From: Pelomyxa schiedti
Lineage: Eukaryota; Protista; Evosea
NCBI GenBank assembly: GCA_020536535.1
Contig: JAHLWZ010000505.1
Span: 1-64,000 of the forward strand
DNA: 64,000 bases
Direction of reading: 5' to 3'
In this document: piece by piece, positions 50,122 through 62,500 of the stretch
Layout of the letters: every line of letters starts with the position of its first letter
How positions within the stretch are numbered: position 1 is the stretch's first letter
Program-made: the position numbers and the translations under genes
The notes under the pieces: generated by a model
What the model saw: only the letters and a program-made list of their open reading frames with translations
Database searches by the model: none
Told to the model about the DNA's origin: nothing

Positions 50122-53100
50122 ATGGCAGGGAGTGATGGTGCTACGGAGGACGGTTGGAACTTCGAGATTGGGGAAGGTGAAGATCTGTCGCTCAACAGTG
50201 CGGCACAACCTGCTGTGTCGTCTCAAACTAGCAGCACAGAGACACAGAGTACTACTACAAGTGTTACGGCACAACCACCTGTTGTCACTCCTCCGGAAGA
50301 GAGTGCTACTGTGTTGCTTAGTGGGAGTGCGTCGGTCGAAAAAAGTGCACCTGCGGTCGCACCCAATAAATATTCGAGCAGTAGTAATGTGCAAAAGGAG
50401 GAGTCTGAGCAACCCTTTGAAATACTTGACTTCACTTGTGCCTCCCCATGGGAAAAATTTGTGTCTCAAATTGAAACCATTCTACGCTCTTGGAAAGGCA
50501 GTCCCGTTTCTGACTCAGTAAATGTTTTCAATTATCTTTCATGTGGACACTCAAACACCCTTTCCATAGTGTTCTCAATATGTTAAATGGAATGGCCGGT
50601 CCTTTTCCATTGAATACAGAATCAACTCGAAAGTGGCAACTCCAGGCACTTCATTAAGCACGCATATTAATAACATGGGACTCGATTTTTGCGCCAATCC
50701 TCTTCAACGCTGGTTTCTTTATTTTTTTCCGCTCCCTCATCCATTTGCTGATTGATATCAGGTTTGGAACACCCGAATTTTTACACGTCATTCCGCAAGA
50801 TAGCGCCAGTGTTAGCCCCTGTACCAATTCTCAACTTATAAGCAGCTTTTCTATCGCAGCAGCCAACTGCTCCTGGTACATTGGATACCGTATGATTGTA
50901 TCTAAGGTTCACAGGCACACACCCATTTTTGTACCCTATGGACCAGCGGCCATGTTCGACTATGTTGGAGTGTCCAGAGAAGAGTTTAAAACCGCACATT
51001 TTTCGTCACACACCATGCAGGCAGCACCTTACGCTCTTCGTTACCTTGATGGCCTACTTCCTTTCTATTTTTCGAAAATTGTACCAATTCCTTCCATTTG
51101 TTCTAGCGTCACAAATGCACTGCAGGGAGTATCGGGTACTCTTCCAGATAAGCTCCATATCCGTACTCTTTTTACATATCTACAAATTGGAGGACCACCC
51201 ACTCTTTGGCGCTTTCCAGGGTATTCTTCTTTCACTGAGTATTCATTTGACCCTTTCTAGTCACGCAGATGACCCAACAGCCACAACTACTGGTCAGCTG
51301 TCACCTCCTTTATGGGGTCCTATTGAAGATCCTGTCTCAAGTAACTATCTCGTATTTTTCGCGTTAATCCCTCGAAAGAGGCTAACATAACTCATCGGTA
51401 CTCTGAACATAAGACTTACGACTACAACTGGAGTGGCAACACACAAACCGTTTGTCTTGCTAATTTATTATTCCCTTCCTCATCTATGCCAGCTGTTACT
51501 GATAATTCTTCCATTACGGAATACACCTTGGACTCGGCTCAGCATTGCTATATAACTTGCAAATTTGATGACAGGTAGTTGCATTCTCACACTTTGTCCT
51601 AATTCTTTAAATCAGTCTGAGGTGCCCTTTATCACGAAGTGTCCGTGCCTTGATGCTTGGAGTCATTGATGTCACCCCATTTACCTCAATATCCCAAATA
51701 ATCAACAGTATGCACTTTTTTTTGTTGTTTTGTATCCCCGTCCCACATTCCACCAGCAACCAAGCAAACATCTGATAGCACTTTGAAAGCAATCTCTAGG
51801 TCTATATCCAATACATTTAACACAACTCATATTCCCATGAAACAAGTACGTTTTATCACCCCCAAACTCACTAATATAATGCAGGAACTAGAGGAAATAA
51901 TGTTGCGCGTCTTCTCGTCTACCGACAATTTCACTCCAGTCACATATAACCGACTGGATATTCAGAGTGCTCCTCCTTTGTCCCTTCCATCCATCCTTGT
52001 ACTGCACATGCTACGATTTCCTGGTTTAACAGGTTCAGTACTTTTTCCCATTGTTTTACTTGTCAATGCATGCCAGGTATGCTGCATATTTGGCGAGAAT
52101 TTGTGAAGCAATTAAGATATCACTGGGAGAGCAACCTTCCTCTTCCCAGTGTTACTCAGTCTCCAGAACTTGACTGTTGTCTCCTGTATCAAAAACTGCA
52201 AATGGTGCAGCCTTTTAGTGATAGGCAAATCACTAACATAGCATGGTTATAGTTAAATTACTGCCGGTGGTACTCCAACCATTTTGGCAATGATACAGCA
52301 AAAAGTAATGATGTAATCAATGGCTGGGATTTTGGTGCCGACCTGGAATCTCATGACACCCCTCGTCTTCTTCTCACCGGGGAACCAATTGTTGCTCCTG
52401 TCACGCAGGTGTGTTTATTTGGTCATTCAAGTATTTCACATAGCTGAAGGAAACTGGGGTTATGACAGAAGATATGATAACTGAGTATGAGTCTGTACTT
52501 TCAAGACTTGGAACATCAATGGAAGGGTCCCGTTTGCGCGCTAGAATGCAATCTGCTTCTCTCCTCTCTGGTAATATTAATAATGTCATCTTACACTGAC
52601 AACTTCTAGATATGCAAGCATTTAAGGCAGCCAATCCAGGTAGCATGCTGGAGGATTTTGTACGTTGGCATTCCCCGAATGATTGGATACCTGATGGTTC
52701 TGGCGGGGGCCATCTTAGCAGTAGGATGACTGGATCAACCCAAAACTTATGGCGGAGTGTATGGGAGGTTTATTCACATTTCTAGAGTTAAAATGTAACG
52801 CCTAGCAACAGGAAGCACAACCGCTACCAGTATGCAAACAACCACCTCTGTTTGATTGTAAGAAAGAAGCAGCGAAGGTACAACTGTCACATTGACACAC
52901 GTCTTACATTTTCCAGGTTCTGCATTACTTCGAAACAATTACTCCATCAGATCTTCTAAAGCAGTTTGTTATTCCTCAATTTTTGTTTTCCTAACCAATT
53001 TACGTTATTAGGCTCCTTGGAATAATTTTCACTACGTTACATCACTTTTTCACAACTCCACCAAGTCGTTCTCCCTTCGTAGTATACCTAGGTCTCACTT

Positions 53101-53677
53101 ACTCGTAGGTTTCGAGCTACAAGACGAATTAAATAGTGCACACGAAGCATACACTGGAAATTATACAGCAGTAAAGAACCGGGCAGCTGCATTTGAGGAT
53201 TCCGTAAGACGGCTTTGGAAATCCCCTACAAAGTAAGTAACCAGCATAACCGTAGCTTTAATTCTTTTGTTTAGTCCCTCCTCCGATTATGAGGCTATCT
53301 GGTTGGCTCTAGGCAGCCTGGAATTAACAGCAGCAAGAGCTGTCTCTTTAATTCATAAACTCGGTTCTCTTACGGCCGTTGTGGAGTCCCTACTACTAAC
53401 GAACAATTGTGCTCTCACATCCTCTTCTGAGAGCAGTGAAGTGATAACTAGCTTCAAGAACGTAGAAGGAAGTATGCCCCATCCACATCCTCGCAATTTT
53501 TCTCGTATTTAAAAAAACCACACAGAAATGCCAGACGCAGAACAGTACGAGTTCCTTGTGCGCTGTGAAACTCCAGGACACGTTCCGCACACAACATTGA
53601 TGCACCGTTTCTATGCCGCAGTGATACCGAGTACCTTTGCTCCAACAACGGTGAGAGTCGCCTACAGTTACCTCTGA
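50122..53677 (+). CDS. RAB3GAP1: Rab3 GTPase-activating protein catalytic subunit (multi-exon)
   Basis: DFTCASPWEKFVSQIE; LRARMQSASLLSDMQAFKAANPGSMLEDFVRWHSPNDW...HLSSRM; C-terminal HRFYA...VRVAYSYL*. Confidence 0.92.
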
Positions 53678-53784
53678 GTCTCAGGCTCTATTTTTGCGTC
53701 CTCGGGCCGCAGTTGCGATGACTTGATTTTTCACTAAACACAGTCTTTTTAATCAAAGTTCGTTCGCAATTTTATTTTTTTTCA

Positions 53785-54261
53785 CCAGAGAAATTTGCAG
53801 AAACGGAGTGAGGCACTGGCGGAGTGGTGTTCCGCAACACCACATCGTTTTCCGCGGTGTGGTGTGCGGGTACCCTAACCCTAAGTTCAGGGCTATGTGC
53901 CGCTCCAAAAGAGGGTTTTTCCCGACACTTCTTTTTTGTGCTGAGTGTCGGGAGCAAGCCAACCCCTCCCCTCTGTCCTTTTTTCCTCGTAAAAAAGGGT
54001 TGGCCTTCGCCGGAGCCCTGTGGTGTTTGCCTGCGTCGCGCGCGGCGTCTGCCCCCGTCCTGCGGGCGAGAGCGGCGGCAAGAGGGCCTGGGCGAGACTG
54101 CCCCCCGGATATTTCCTGGGGGGCATGAGAGGTGCGTCCTCGCTTCTCGCTCTTGGCTGTCTTGTTGTTGCTCTCGCTTGTGGGTGGGGACCTTGCACGG
54201 CCGCCGTGTGCGTCGCGGGCGGACGCCTCACGCCGCTTCTGCGTTTCTCTGGCCTTTTTTT
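53785..54261 (+). ncRNA. Candidate telomerase RNA (TR/TER), ~470 nt
   Basis: 5'/3' closing helix 53785-53814:54225-54252. Core-enclosing helix 53816-53824:54005-54013. Boundary hairpin 53831-53870. Template ACCCTAACCCTAA 53872-53884. Pseudoknot 53907-54004. Long G-U-rich arm 54025-54224 capped by a three-way junction with a P6.1-like hairpin at 54129-54141. Confidence 0.75.
53872..53884 (+). other. Putative telomerase template (two copies of CCCTAA; specifies TTAGGG)
   Basis: ACCCTAACCCTAA lies 1 nt downstream of a 16-bp hairpin and is single-stranded in the hand-derived fold. Confidence 0.7.
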
Positions 54262-54647
54262 AAACCTAAAAAGAAAAACGCTTCTCTACTGTTGGGTTTT
54301 TTCCTTCCAAAAGGGAGAACAAACACAGTCGTTGATGCCCCTCTACAAAGCCTCTTTGTGCGCGCTGTTCTGGTAAAAAAAAACAGAAAAAGACACGTTT
54401 CCGAAAGCACGTTTTGTCCTTTTGCGATAACAAAAAAACACTAGACTAGAACAAAAGACAGCGTTCCGGTCTGTTGAATATTTTATTGCATTTCGTGGCA
54501 GGTGTGGTAGGTGCCAACTTGCGCTTTTCTTTTTTTCTCATTGTGATCGATCTGATGGGCGTACGGCGAAAGGCTTTCCACGTTGGATCTGGGTGTCCCG
54601 CTGCGTTCGAAAAAAAAAACAAAAAAAACCCCACTTAAACAGACGTG

Positions 54648-57600
54648 ATGGCGAGTACGACGACAAGCGCACATTGCAGACAGCCGTCCCTCACCACCAA
54701 AGCCGGCAAGTCCCTACCAACCCCTCCCATCCCGCGTCGTCCTCAGTCATGGGTATCACCGACCACTCAAACAGAACCCCCGCAGCCCCAACAATCACAA
54801 TTTCACTCGCCATCACCACCTCCACAACAACAACAAGAAACCACGACACCCTTACGCACAACCCCGCCGTCGTCTCCCACAATTCCGATTCCCCCGCCCC
54901 GCCCCCCCCGCCTCCTAATGGACGACAACGACCAACAGCAGTTGCAGCAAACTCAGCAACAAAAACAAGAACAGTCCCCAGTCCCGGCCGCCGTCGTGCC
55001 TGTCTCCACGTCGCCTCCTTTGACAACTCAGCCGGGGCGCAGGCTTCCTGCTCCTCCGATGATGCCTGTGGCAAACAGAAGCAGAAATTCGCGGCTGTCA
55101 ACTGAGACGCCGTCGGCTATCGCGGCGGAGATCTGCGGTGCATCTTTGGGAACAAAAGAGGGTGGCAGTGGTGGTGGTGTTAGCGGTGGAAATAGTAGTA
55201 GTAGTGGGGGTGGAGGCTGTTTAAGTGTTGTTAGCGGTGGTGAAGTGACTTTGTTGCCGGAGCCCGAGGTTGGCGATTCTTTGTCGCCGTCATCGATTGA
55301 GGTTAGTGGCGTGAGTGGCGATGATGCTGACGAGATCCGCAGGAGATCTTCGTCGTCTCCCGATGATAGTTTGGCTCACAGCACTCCGCCGTTGTCTCCT
55401 ACTGTTTCGCCGTTGTTGGCATCACCTTCGGCGTCTGGCGTTGTGGCGGTTTCTCCTGTGTCACCTCAGTTGAGCCCTTCTCGGTCTCCCTCATCATCAC
55501 CATCTATTGCTTCCCCTAGTTCGTCGCCTTGCTCATCCCCGGCTGTTTCCCCCCTTCTTCCGCCTCAGCCGATCCGTCCTGTACCACCGCCTAGGCCAGC
55601 ACAACTTTTATCTAACGTAGTTCTACCTGTTATTCCCCCAAACTTGCCTAAACGCCATACCGCTACTCCAAGTAACTCAAGCACGATCAATTCAGGGACT
55701 GAATCACCTGCTACTGCTGCTCGCCAGTCTCCAGATAGATATGGCACTGCACGCGCAGCACATGCTCTTTATTCCCCAAGTCCAACCCAGCCCAATGACA
55801 CTACCACAGGGAATCCTTCACCTCGGCTACACCATAGCTCATCGGAGGCTGTTTTATGTTCACCTTCACCCCCACCACCACTGCCACCACGGTCATCATC
55901 GCCTCCGCATAGATCTTCTTCCCCATCTCCACCGCCTCCACTGCCACGTAGGTCGTCCTCACCATCCCCCCCACCGCCTCCCCCTCCAAGGTCTGCATCC
56001 CCGTCGCCACCTCCACCACCTCCTCCGCTTCCACCATCTCCACCCCTGCCACCCCCATCTTTTATTCCACCACCACCACCTCCCCCTCCCATGCGTCTGT
56101 CTATTATACCCCCTCCTCCTCCTCAATCACCCAAGCCACACCCTGTTTATAGATTATCTGCTTCCCCAGAAACCACCCCAACATCTCCACATCTTCATAA
56201 TGCCAGATCTAGCTCTCCTGTTTATACACATGCAACCTTACCAACTCTGAATTTATCTTCTAGTAGTCCAGTAACATCCAGCACATCTCCTGAAGCCAGA
56301 GCTCTGCAGATGCGGCAGGTTGGATACTAGAAATATCCTAAAATGCACAAACATCTTTTTTCCCATAGAACCGCCGAACTGTTCTTCTGCACAATGCCCT
56401 AACACGTGAAGCTCTAAGCAATATGCAATTAGAGACATTATCTGCTTTAGAAAAGACTTCAGCACCAGATCCCAGTTCAAAAGTAATTCCAGCTCCAGCT
56501 CCTGCTCCAGCTCCTGCTCCAGTTTCAGCTTCAGCAGCCTCAACTGCGATACAACCAGTATGTTACCCTTGAGGTGACCACTTTGTAATTTTCCCCAAGC
56601 AACCAATCCCAGAGCCTACATCAAAAAAGGACAAAAAACGCAACAAGCGGTATGGGGTCTCCCTATGACTTTAGGGAATCACCATACCTCAGGTTCATAG
56701 GGCAGTATGGCGTTTACTCGAAATTTTCGGCCTATCACAGTGTATGGCTGAAGCAAGCTGGTTTAGTAAGTGGATTTTGCACCTTCTTTTCTCTCAATGG
56801 GGGAAAAATATTAGGAAAAAGAGAGAGAGATGAACTTCTTCCAGAAGAAAATGCAAAAATTCCTTGAAGAAAACGAGGTAAAGGGACAAGACTGTGAGTT
56901 CCTTACAAAATGGGTTGTATTAGGCCACATCCTGGAGCAAAGCTTGGATTAAGAGTGTTGTGAACACTGACGAAAATGACCTTTCTGTTGGTGACTTTAC
57001 AACTCATTTTCGTCAAATTCCCGAGTGGGTTAGAACGAGACTACTCAAATTGTTCTTATATTCCTAGCATTCAAAAGCATCCTTTATGCAAGGCGTATTC
57101 ACAATTATTGAACACTTTGTATACTGCTGTCACAAATCAACTTAAAGGGAACAATGATATCCAAGTAGTGAGCTCGACGATAGCTGATTTAACTTCAAGT
57201 TGCTGTGGTATGTGACAACTACAAAAAAAAAGCTATTCCCAAGCATAATGTACTTCAGAAAAAATGTTGGATGTCACTTTAGCGAAGCTGTATTCTCCAC
57301 TTGAGCCAGTTTGTGCTTTGGTGGAAAGAGCCTTATTGGATGTTATTTTTGAAAAACTAAATGACATTTTATGGCCGTATTACACGCAAAAAGTAATGTC
57401 CTTTTGGTGATCACACCAGACTCACTTTCTCCAGTATTCCACTGAAGATAGCCAATTCAAAGCCAAAGCCACACTTTTGAAAAATGTACCTGCAGCTGGA
57501 ATTGGTGTTTCTCCACGGTTCCAATTACTAGATGTACTGCCTCTTCCCTATTTTTACTTTCAACTAATGTCAAAAAGCCCAAAGCATTACTGGTTCCGTA

Positions 57601-59303
57601 TTACAATGCCATTCTCGGTGACAATACCTAAGTTAGGTTTTTTTTGTACTGAATTAAATTTTTAGAGATTAATCACCTCGATTCATTGGTTACCCCAAGA
57701 GAAAAAGTCCACTGTCTCATTGATACTGGAAAGGCAATTAATTTTTGTGTTCACCAATTTTGGGCCGGGAAATTATCCGCTGATAAACTAGAAATGTACG
57801 ACTTCCTCTTCTCCAATATTCAACTAATGCCTCCAGTGGCGCGGATGACTTCTTACCTTTATTCTCGTTCGTTCTTATAAGAGGAGCAATTGAGCACGCA
57901 TTTAGTGGTACCGTTCTCTCTGCAATTTCAGTATCTTGGCTAAGAAATGCCAAGCTTCAAAATACATTGAGCACTATCTACCTGAAGAGGACCTAAATGA
58001 TGAGCAAGGGTACCTTCTTGTAACATACCAAACAGCACTTTCCTTTGTCAATCTAATGACGATGGAAGAAGTTACAGCCTCCCTCAGCAAATCACAAGGT
58101 CAGTGAAGTGTATCAAAACTTCATGGTTCGACTTACTATTTCCACCTCACTCTAGCTATCACAAATGTAATTGATCGCTTCGTACCAAATGAAATCCGCA
58201 AGACTTTCAAGGCAATTTCAGCAGAAAGTATTGTAGTATCCGACCCTTTAAGTAGAAGGATAAGGCATCAACCACCGGCACACCCCCTTCCTGCCACCCC
58301 ACTCCAAGCTTGTACTGCTCAAACTTCCCCAACTTTGTCACCAGTTGTACGTCAAGTTTCTCCTGCAGTTCAAAGTCTTGACGCAACAAACCCACCAACC
58401 GGTATTGCAGCAGATTCCGGTTCTGTTAAATCAAGTCTTTGTGAAGTAAAGGCCAGGCCTCTCTCACAGTCAGCAGAAACATCACCGTCACCACTGAGAT
58501 TCCAGTCGGACGACGATAGTCCACGAACTCCTGAAGCGACAAGAACTACTCTTGCAATACCTCGGAAACAGCTTCCACCAACGCCACCTTTGAGTGCCAG
58601 TGAAAACGTCCCTCATAGTGACAGAAAATCTTTGGATGCGGTAACACCCCTACCACCTACGATCATTGAAGCCAGTGAACAATTGGCTGCCACTCCAAAT
58701 CCGTCGCAATCTCCACCACCAGACTCAGACCCAGAATCGGACAATGAGGACTACTCAGACACAGAACCTCCCTCTGATACAGTACCAACACTTGACCTGC
58801 AACCAAGCGTAGAGTCGGCACCGAATGAAGCAGGTACAAATCCTTGCCAAGCACCAGTATGGCAAAAGCCAATCCAGCTGGCACCAAGGTCAGCCAGTTC
58901 TATAGGCATAGCCAAGCGCAAGCCGTCTGTCCCATCGGCCAACAAGCCACCACGCCGGACCACCCACGTTGTACCCCCTACTGCTCCTCCACCACCGCCA
59001 CCACCTAAACCTAAAAGCCCCCTTGTCCCCCGCTCCAGAGCACTCAACAATCCCTCAACCTCACAAAACAACACCGGCACAAACACCAACACCAGTAACA
59101 CCAACACCAATAATACAAATACAATCACAAGCACAAACACTAGCACTAGCAACACACCCCCACCTATCACAAGAACCACTTCTACCACAAATTTCACTGT
59201 ACCACCAAACCTTCCCCTCCGCAGCTCCGCACCACCAGCACTACCGCCACGCAGCAGGGACACAATAGTAACAGCAGCATCCAGCCTGAAGTCCTCCTCA
59301 TAA
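54648..59303 (+). CDS. VPS9-domain (Rab5-family GEF) protein with long proline-rich regions (multi-exon)
   Basis: TPREKVHCLIDTGKAI...GADDFLPLFSFVLIRG...EQGYLLVTYQTALSFV. Multiple PPPLPPR SH3-ligand motifs. An alternative start at 54918 is possible. Confidence 0.85.
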
Positions 59304-59523
59304 CGCACAGACGCACCCCCATCATGCCAATTTTGGTTTGTCGAGATTAGCAAAACGCTCTTGTTTTAACTAGATTAAATAAATAAAAGCATAAACCTCA
59401 CTTTGTGATTCGCCGAGGCACCTCACTGTGCCATTGTGTGAGGCACACCCGGCAACGACGCAGAGCAACCACAAAAAGGGCGAAAAAGTACCAGCGGACC
59501 GAGTGCCATTCGAAAAATAAACA

Positions 59524-62500
59524 ATGTCCAAGGCAACGAGTGGCGGCACGGGGGGGAGTGGGACGGGCGGGGGAGGGAACGGGGGGGGAGGAGGGGGGCC
59601 CGGCGGCCCGGGGGCGAGGATAAACGTGTGGCCGGCAACCAAGTCCCAAACTGTGCAATTCCCAAAGGAGGTGAAATTCACCTGCTCTGTGCCATCCTCT
59701 TTTTTTTGTTTTTTTTTACTTATTTTGCTTTTTTTTTTTTATTTTTTTTATTTTTATAATTTTTTTTTTTTTGAATTATATTTACCTCTTTTTATCTATT
59801 GTAGGTGTTGAAACGGACAGTGAGGTGGCTGTCCTGGTTCTGTCAACCAGTTCACGTTTCTGTGCCGTCAAGGGGTGTGCAGGTTTGTACTATCGAGCTT
59901 CTATTCAGCATTATGTAGTAAAAACGAATAACAGGGAGTAACATGTTGGACTGGGCGTGTGACTGTAGAAAAGATTGAACCGGGGTGCCGCTCAACAGTG
60001 GAAGCAAATGACAGTGTGTGGCCAAGAGTCTTCTTGGTGGAATTGCGTTCACCAGCAAGCAAATTTTGGTACCATCATTCACTTGTAGAGTTCATTGTGA
60101 CCCCAGCATCGTATCCTGTAGCATTTGCAGCCGGTACTTTTTTTTTGTTGTAGTGTGGAGCTCTTATTTCCTCACTTTAGAAATGTCAACTTGCGTCAAA
60201 TGTGGGAAAGCCATTAAGAACAATCTTGGAGAAGGAGGTGCATTTGCCTTTGATCTACCTTGGCACCTAAATTGCTGGAATGGAAATGGTTTCCTTCTCT
60301 CCAAAGGAATGCTTGGTGATTTTCACAAAAATAATTAGCTGATGAGGATCATGACCAACTGAAATACTCTCACCATGAAGTCATTGACCAAGTACTCCAA
60401 GCCTTTTGCACACTTTCAGTGAAACAAACTTTGAATAGGCCAATATGATAGATTTGCGGGTGCCATCTGTTCCAGCAGTAAGCATTATGTAATAAAAGAT
60501 CTGAATAACTTGCTATTTTAGATTGTTATTATTGCCCCACAGCAATTCACTGCTACAAATACGGCAAGCTATGTCAGTACTCTCTTCCATTAACGTATGC
60601 CTATAGCATATATCTGGTCTTCAATCGGGCTACCATCGCCCAACAGCCACCTGTGTACAAGCACTTGTTGACGACTACCCATATCTCGTTTCATCAGGTA
60701 ATTTCTTGGTTGATTCTATTTGTAATTAATACTTCCAGTTGATCTTATAGCGTTTCTCTCTGTACCCAGTGTGATGGCCGAAATTCAAGGAGTCAAATCC
60801 AAAGTTACTTGCTCCCAGGGTTCTACACAAAATTTATGGTAAACTGTAGGGCATTTCTGATGGCCTCCTTTTGCACATGGCAGTAAAATGCCATCCATAT
60901 GTCGATTGTAACCAAATTCGACTAGACTTGTTGAATACTGCGTGGTGCGTCAAGTTGTCTGAATAAAAAAGTGTTAAGTGTTGTAGGGATCCTGATAGTC
61001 GAACTCTTGGCAAGGCTGCTAATCAGGTCGCAATAAACATGAACAGCACTGTAGTATATGCCAGTGACGAACTTGTAAAGCAAGCAAACGCACTCCGAAC
61101 GTTGCTCAAAGATATACCTCCAAGCTCTGAAGGTATCTTTATTTTCAAACAAATACAGATTACTCAGTCTCCCTAGATTCATTTCAGCTTCTTCATTGCC
61201 CTCCACCTGTAATGAAGGTTCATTGCAAACATAAATTACTTTTACCGTGTTCAATAAACCAGGTTGCTATACACATTGTTGGGGAAGCCAGTTTCCAAGC
61301 CGCTCAATTCCAAAAATGGTTGTACGAAATGCTGTGCAAGTCCCCTTCGATAACAGTTGTGGGTCATTCCCATGCAAATGCTACAGTATGCATCATGGTG
61401 CAAAAGGTATGAAGTAAATTTTGGCTGCCTTAGCTCAAATTTCTAGGAACTCTCTGTTGTAGTTTTGTTTAGTGGCATTTATGGTCTTTTCCATCCATCC
61501 AGAGCATGCCTTCCTCCAGTACATACCCTCCTCTCTTTTCTACTGGCTTCTATTTTAAATGCAACGATCCTAATTTTTAACAGTATTGTGACATAAGTGA
61601 ACGGTCTGCATCGATAGCGGCAAAAACACTGGAAGAAGAGGCAAGGCTCCGTTACCTTCTCATGTTGTCAAACCCATCCCTTTGCAGTGCTCCTCTCAGG
61701 GCTGCTGTATGTAATGAGACCAATCTCGCCCATTAATTTACCATCAGGTAAAAGTGGAGATTGTTCGACAGTTAGGAAGAGATTGGAAAGCTGTTGGAAA
61801 CTGGTGCAGACTTCGACCAGATGAGAAATTCAAGCTTCTACTGAGCAATTCTCATTCAACATCAGTATACTACTTTGTGATTTTTTTCAACTCAAGGTGC
61901 ACATAACTCAATCAATGCCAACATTTTGAAATTGATTCTAATACATTCTATCCTCCCATCAGAGGCTCTGCTCAAATGTTTGAACCTCCAAAAGGAAGGC
62001 ACCGTGTGGAGAGCAACACCTCAAAACAACTCACTCTGGACACTGAAATGGATCCAAGTTCCAAAGAACTGCCATCGATGGGTTCCAGTGGAGCGGCCGC
62101 AGCAATGGCAGCGGCAGCTGTTGCAGCCGCAACAGCCCACTCTTCTCACCCCCATCCACATTCAATGCACTCCCACATGCACATGCAACAGTCCCAACAA
62201 GAAATGTACAACCCACAGTATCAGTACGAAGCACAATATCATGCACAACAAATGCAGATGCAACAAATGCAAATGCAACAAATGCACCACGCACAACTTG
62301 AGGAGCAAGGACTACTTGAACAACAGGGGATGAACATGGGTGTCGGAATGAACATGGGTGCACCAGATGGAATGGGTGTTTCTGAGGGCGTTGCAGATAC
62401 CCTGGAGATGGACGATATGCAAGTAATGGCCACAATACAAGAACACCAGCACCGAATGATGTCAGAGCAGCACCGATACGAAAGTCGGCTACTTCAACAA

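Noticed and set aside
53872-53884. CCCTAACCCTAA as merely an interstitial telomere repeat or telo-box promoter motif
   Set aside because: Possible in isolation, but it would not explain the abutting hairpin, enclosing helix, pseudoknot and strand-specific G-U helices.
53785-54252. The element as a MITE with terminal inverted repeats, or as SRP / RNase P / MRP RNA
   Set aside because: No target-site duplication seen, and the helices rely on G-U pairs. I could not find the SRP helix-8/Alu motifs or the RNase P/MRP P4 consensus. An Rfam search is still needed.
53753-54444. Overlapping ORFs (53808-54128, 53824-54444, 53893-54231, 54020-54376)
   Set aside because: No domain-like content and mostly non-ATG starts. 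They are explained by the GC-rich structured RNA.
50122-59303. RAB3GAP1 next to a VPS9 GEF as a functional Rab cluster
   Set aside because: Adjacency of two trafficking genes in a gene-dense eukaryote is plausibly chance; no shared regulatory evidence.
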